From NCBI GenBank assembly GCA_031370005.1, contig JANMPT010000077.1, positions 32,001 to 96,000 on the forward strand: a DNA stretch of 64,000 bases, given 5' to 3'. Shown in pieces: positions 63,282 to 64,000 of the stretch. Each line of letters opens with the position of its first letter. The first letter of the stretch is position 1. The notes beneath the pieces were generated by a model. The model made no database searches. It worked only from the letters and a program-made list of their open reading frames with translations, and had not been told where the DNA came from. This DNA is from Bdellovibrionales bacterium. Its GTDB lineage: Bacteria; Bdellovibrionota; Bdellovibrionia; Bdellovibrionales; Bdellovibrionaceae. Both the position numbers and the translations under genes were made by a program.

Positions 63282-64000
63282 ATATTCCTCTCCTTTTGTA
63301 ATGTAAAATAAAACGTGGCGCCTTGTTGAACTGCAGACTCCGCCCATATCCGACCACCGTGACGCTCAATAATTCTTTTAACAATGGCAAGCCCCACCCC
63401 CGTACCTTCAAAATCCTCTTCCCGATGAAGGCGTTGAAAAACACCGAAGAGTTTGTCAGCATAGCGCATATCAAAACCAACGCCGTTGTCCTTTATGAAA
63501 TAAGTGACCTGATCATCCTGATTAGACGAAATTTCTCCAATTTCGAGGATTGCAACCTCTTTCTGCCGACTATACTTAAGCGCATTGGATAAAAGGTTGA
63601 GCCAAACTTGTTTAAGTAAAGTTGGATCACCATAGCAAGGAGGCAATGGCACTTGATGAATCTCAATCTGACGATTTTTAATTTCATCTTGTAACTCATC
63701 CAGCGTTTGTTCGACCATGGCTGCGGTGTCCACGCGCTGCTTAACCATGGCATGACGACCCAAGCGTGAGAAAGCCAGAAGATCATCAATCAGGCGCCCC
63801 ATTTTTTGCGTATTGTACCGGATCCTCTCTAGAAAATCCCGGGCCGAATCCGTCATCGCCTTAGCATCTTCTTCCATGAGGATTTTTGAAAAGCCGTCGA
63901 TGACCCGCAAAGGAGCCCGTAAATCGTGGGAAACTGAATAACTAAAGGCCTCAAGCTCCGCATTGGCATGCTCTGCGGCTTCTTTTCCTCGGCGCAATGC
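63278..64000 (-). CDS. Histidine kinase transmitter (Cph1-like class), 5' end outside the window
   Basis: FSYSVSHDLRAPLR, NALKY, DNGVGF, GTGVGL; ATGA overlap with the regulator. Confidence 0.9.
   Translation of the reverse strand, partial: ALRRGKEAAEHANAELEAFSYSVSHDLRAPLRVIDGFSKILMEEDAKAMTDSARDFLERIRYNTQKMGRLIDDLLAFSRLGRHAMVKQRVDTAAMVEQTLDELQDEIKNRQIEIHQVPLPPCYGDPTLLKQVWLNLLSNALKYSRQKEVAILEIGEISSNQDDQVTYFIKDNGVGFDMRYADKLFGVFQRLHREEDFEGTGVGLAIVKRIIERHGGRIWAESAVQQGATFYFTLQKERNI

Noticed and set aside
42170..64000. attR duplicate of the tRNA-Leu 3' end
   Set aside because: No second copy of CCAGTCCCGGGCACCA noticed by eye, so the island end is not defined; an exact search is needed

Overview
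Chromosomal window that looks like Bdellovibrionota (inferred from gene content and a close ferroportin homologue; not proven). 1-42 kb is mostly core or semi-core: nucleotide-sugar genes with a decayed rmlD, yfdX, sohB, an Opp/Dpp ABC operon, tatA, greA, nrnA, rimK-like, ABC1 kinase, a Na/Pi transporter and the queA-tgt-yajC-secDF-recJ-queC-DUF366 run, plus two signalling blocks (REC-HD / tandem-V4R / PAS kinase, and a hybrid kinase with a degenerate ATP-binding domain). tRNA-Leu(GAG) at 42111-42197 borders an accessory, eroded region. That region holds a CzcA/TolC metal-efflux operon with no adaptor gene ending in a broken ferroportin, an integrase remnant, a RelE-type toxin-antitoxin pair, a Fic gene with a 3+3 repeat array, and several gene-tail remnants. 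The best candidate for an undescribed system is 57.4-61.5 kb: a helical-repeat/winged-HTH regulator divergent from a coupled nitroreductase-fold gene and a FeeM-like N-acyl amino acid synthase fused to an intact PilZ domain. Other leads are the tandem-V4R sensory operon, DUF366 beside queC, and a 56-aa membrane peptide behind a GGA-hairpin (CsrA-type) leader. All calls come from motif recognition; no searches were run.
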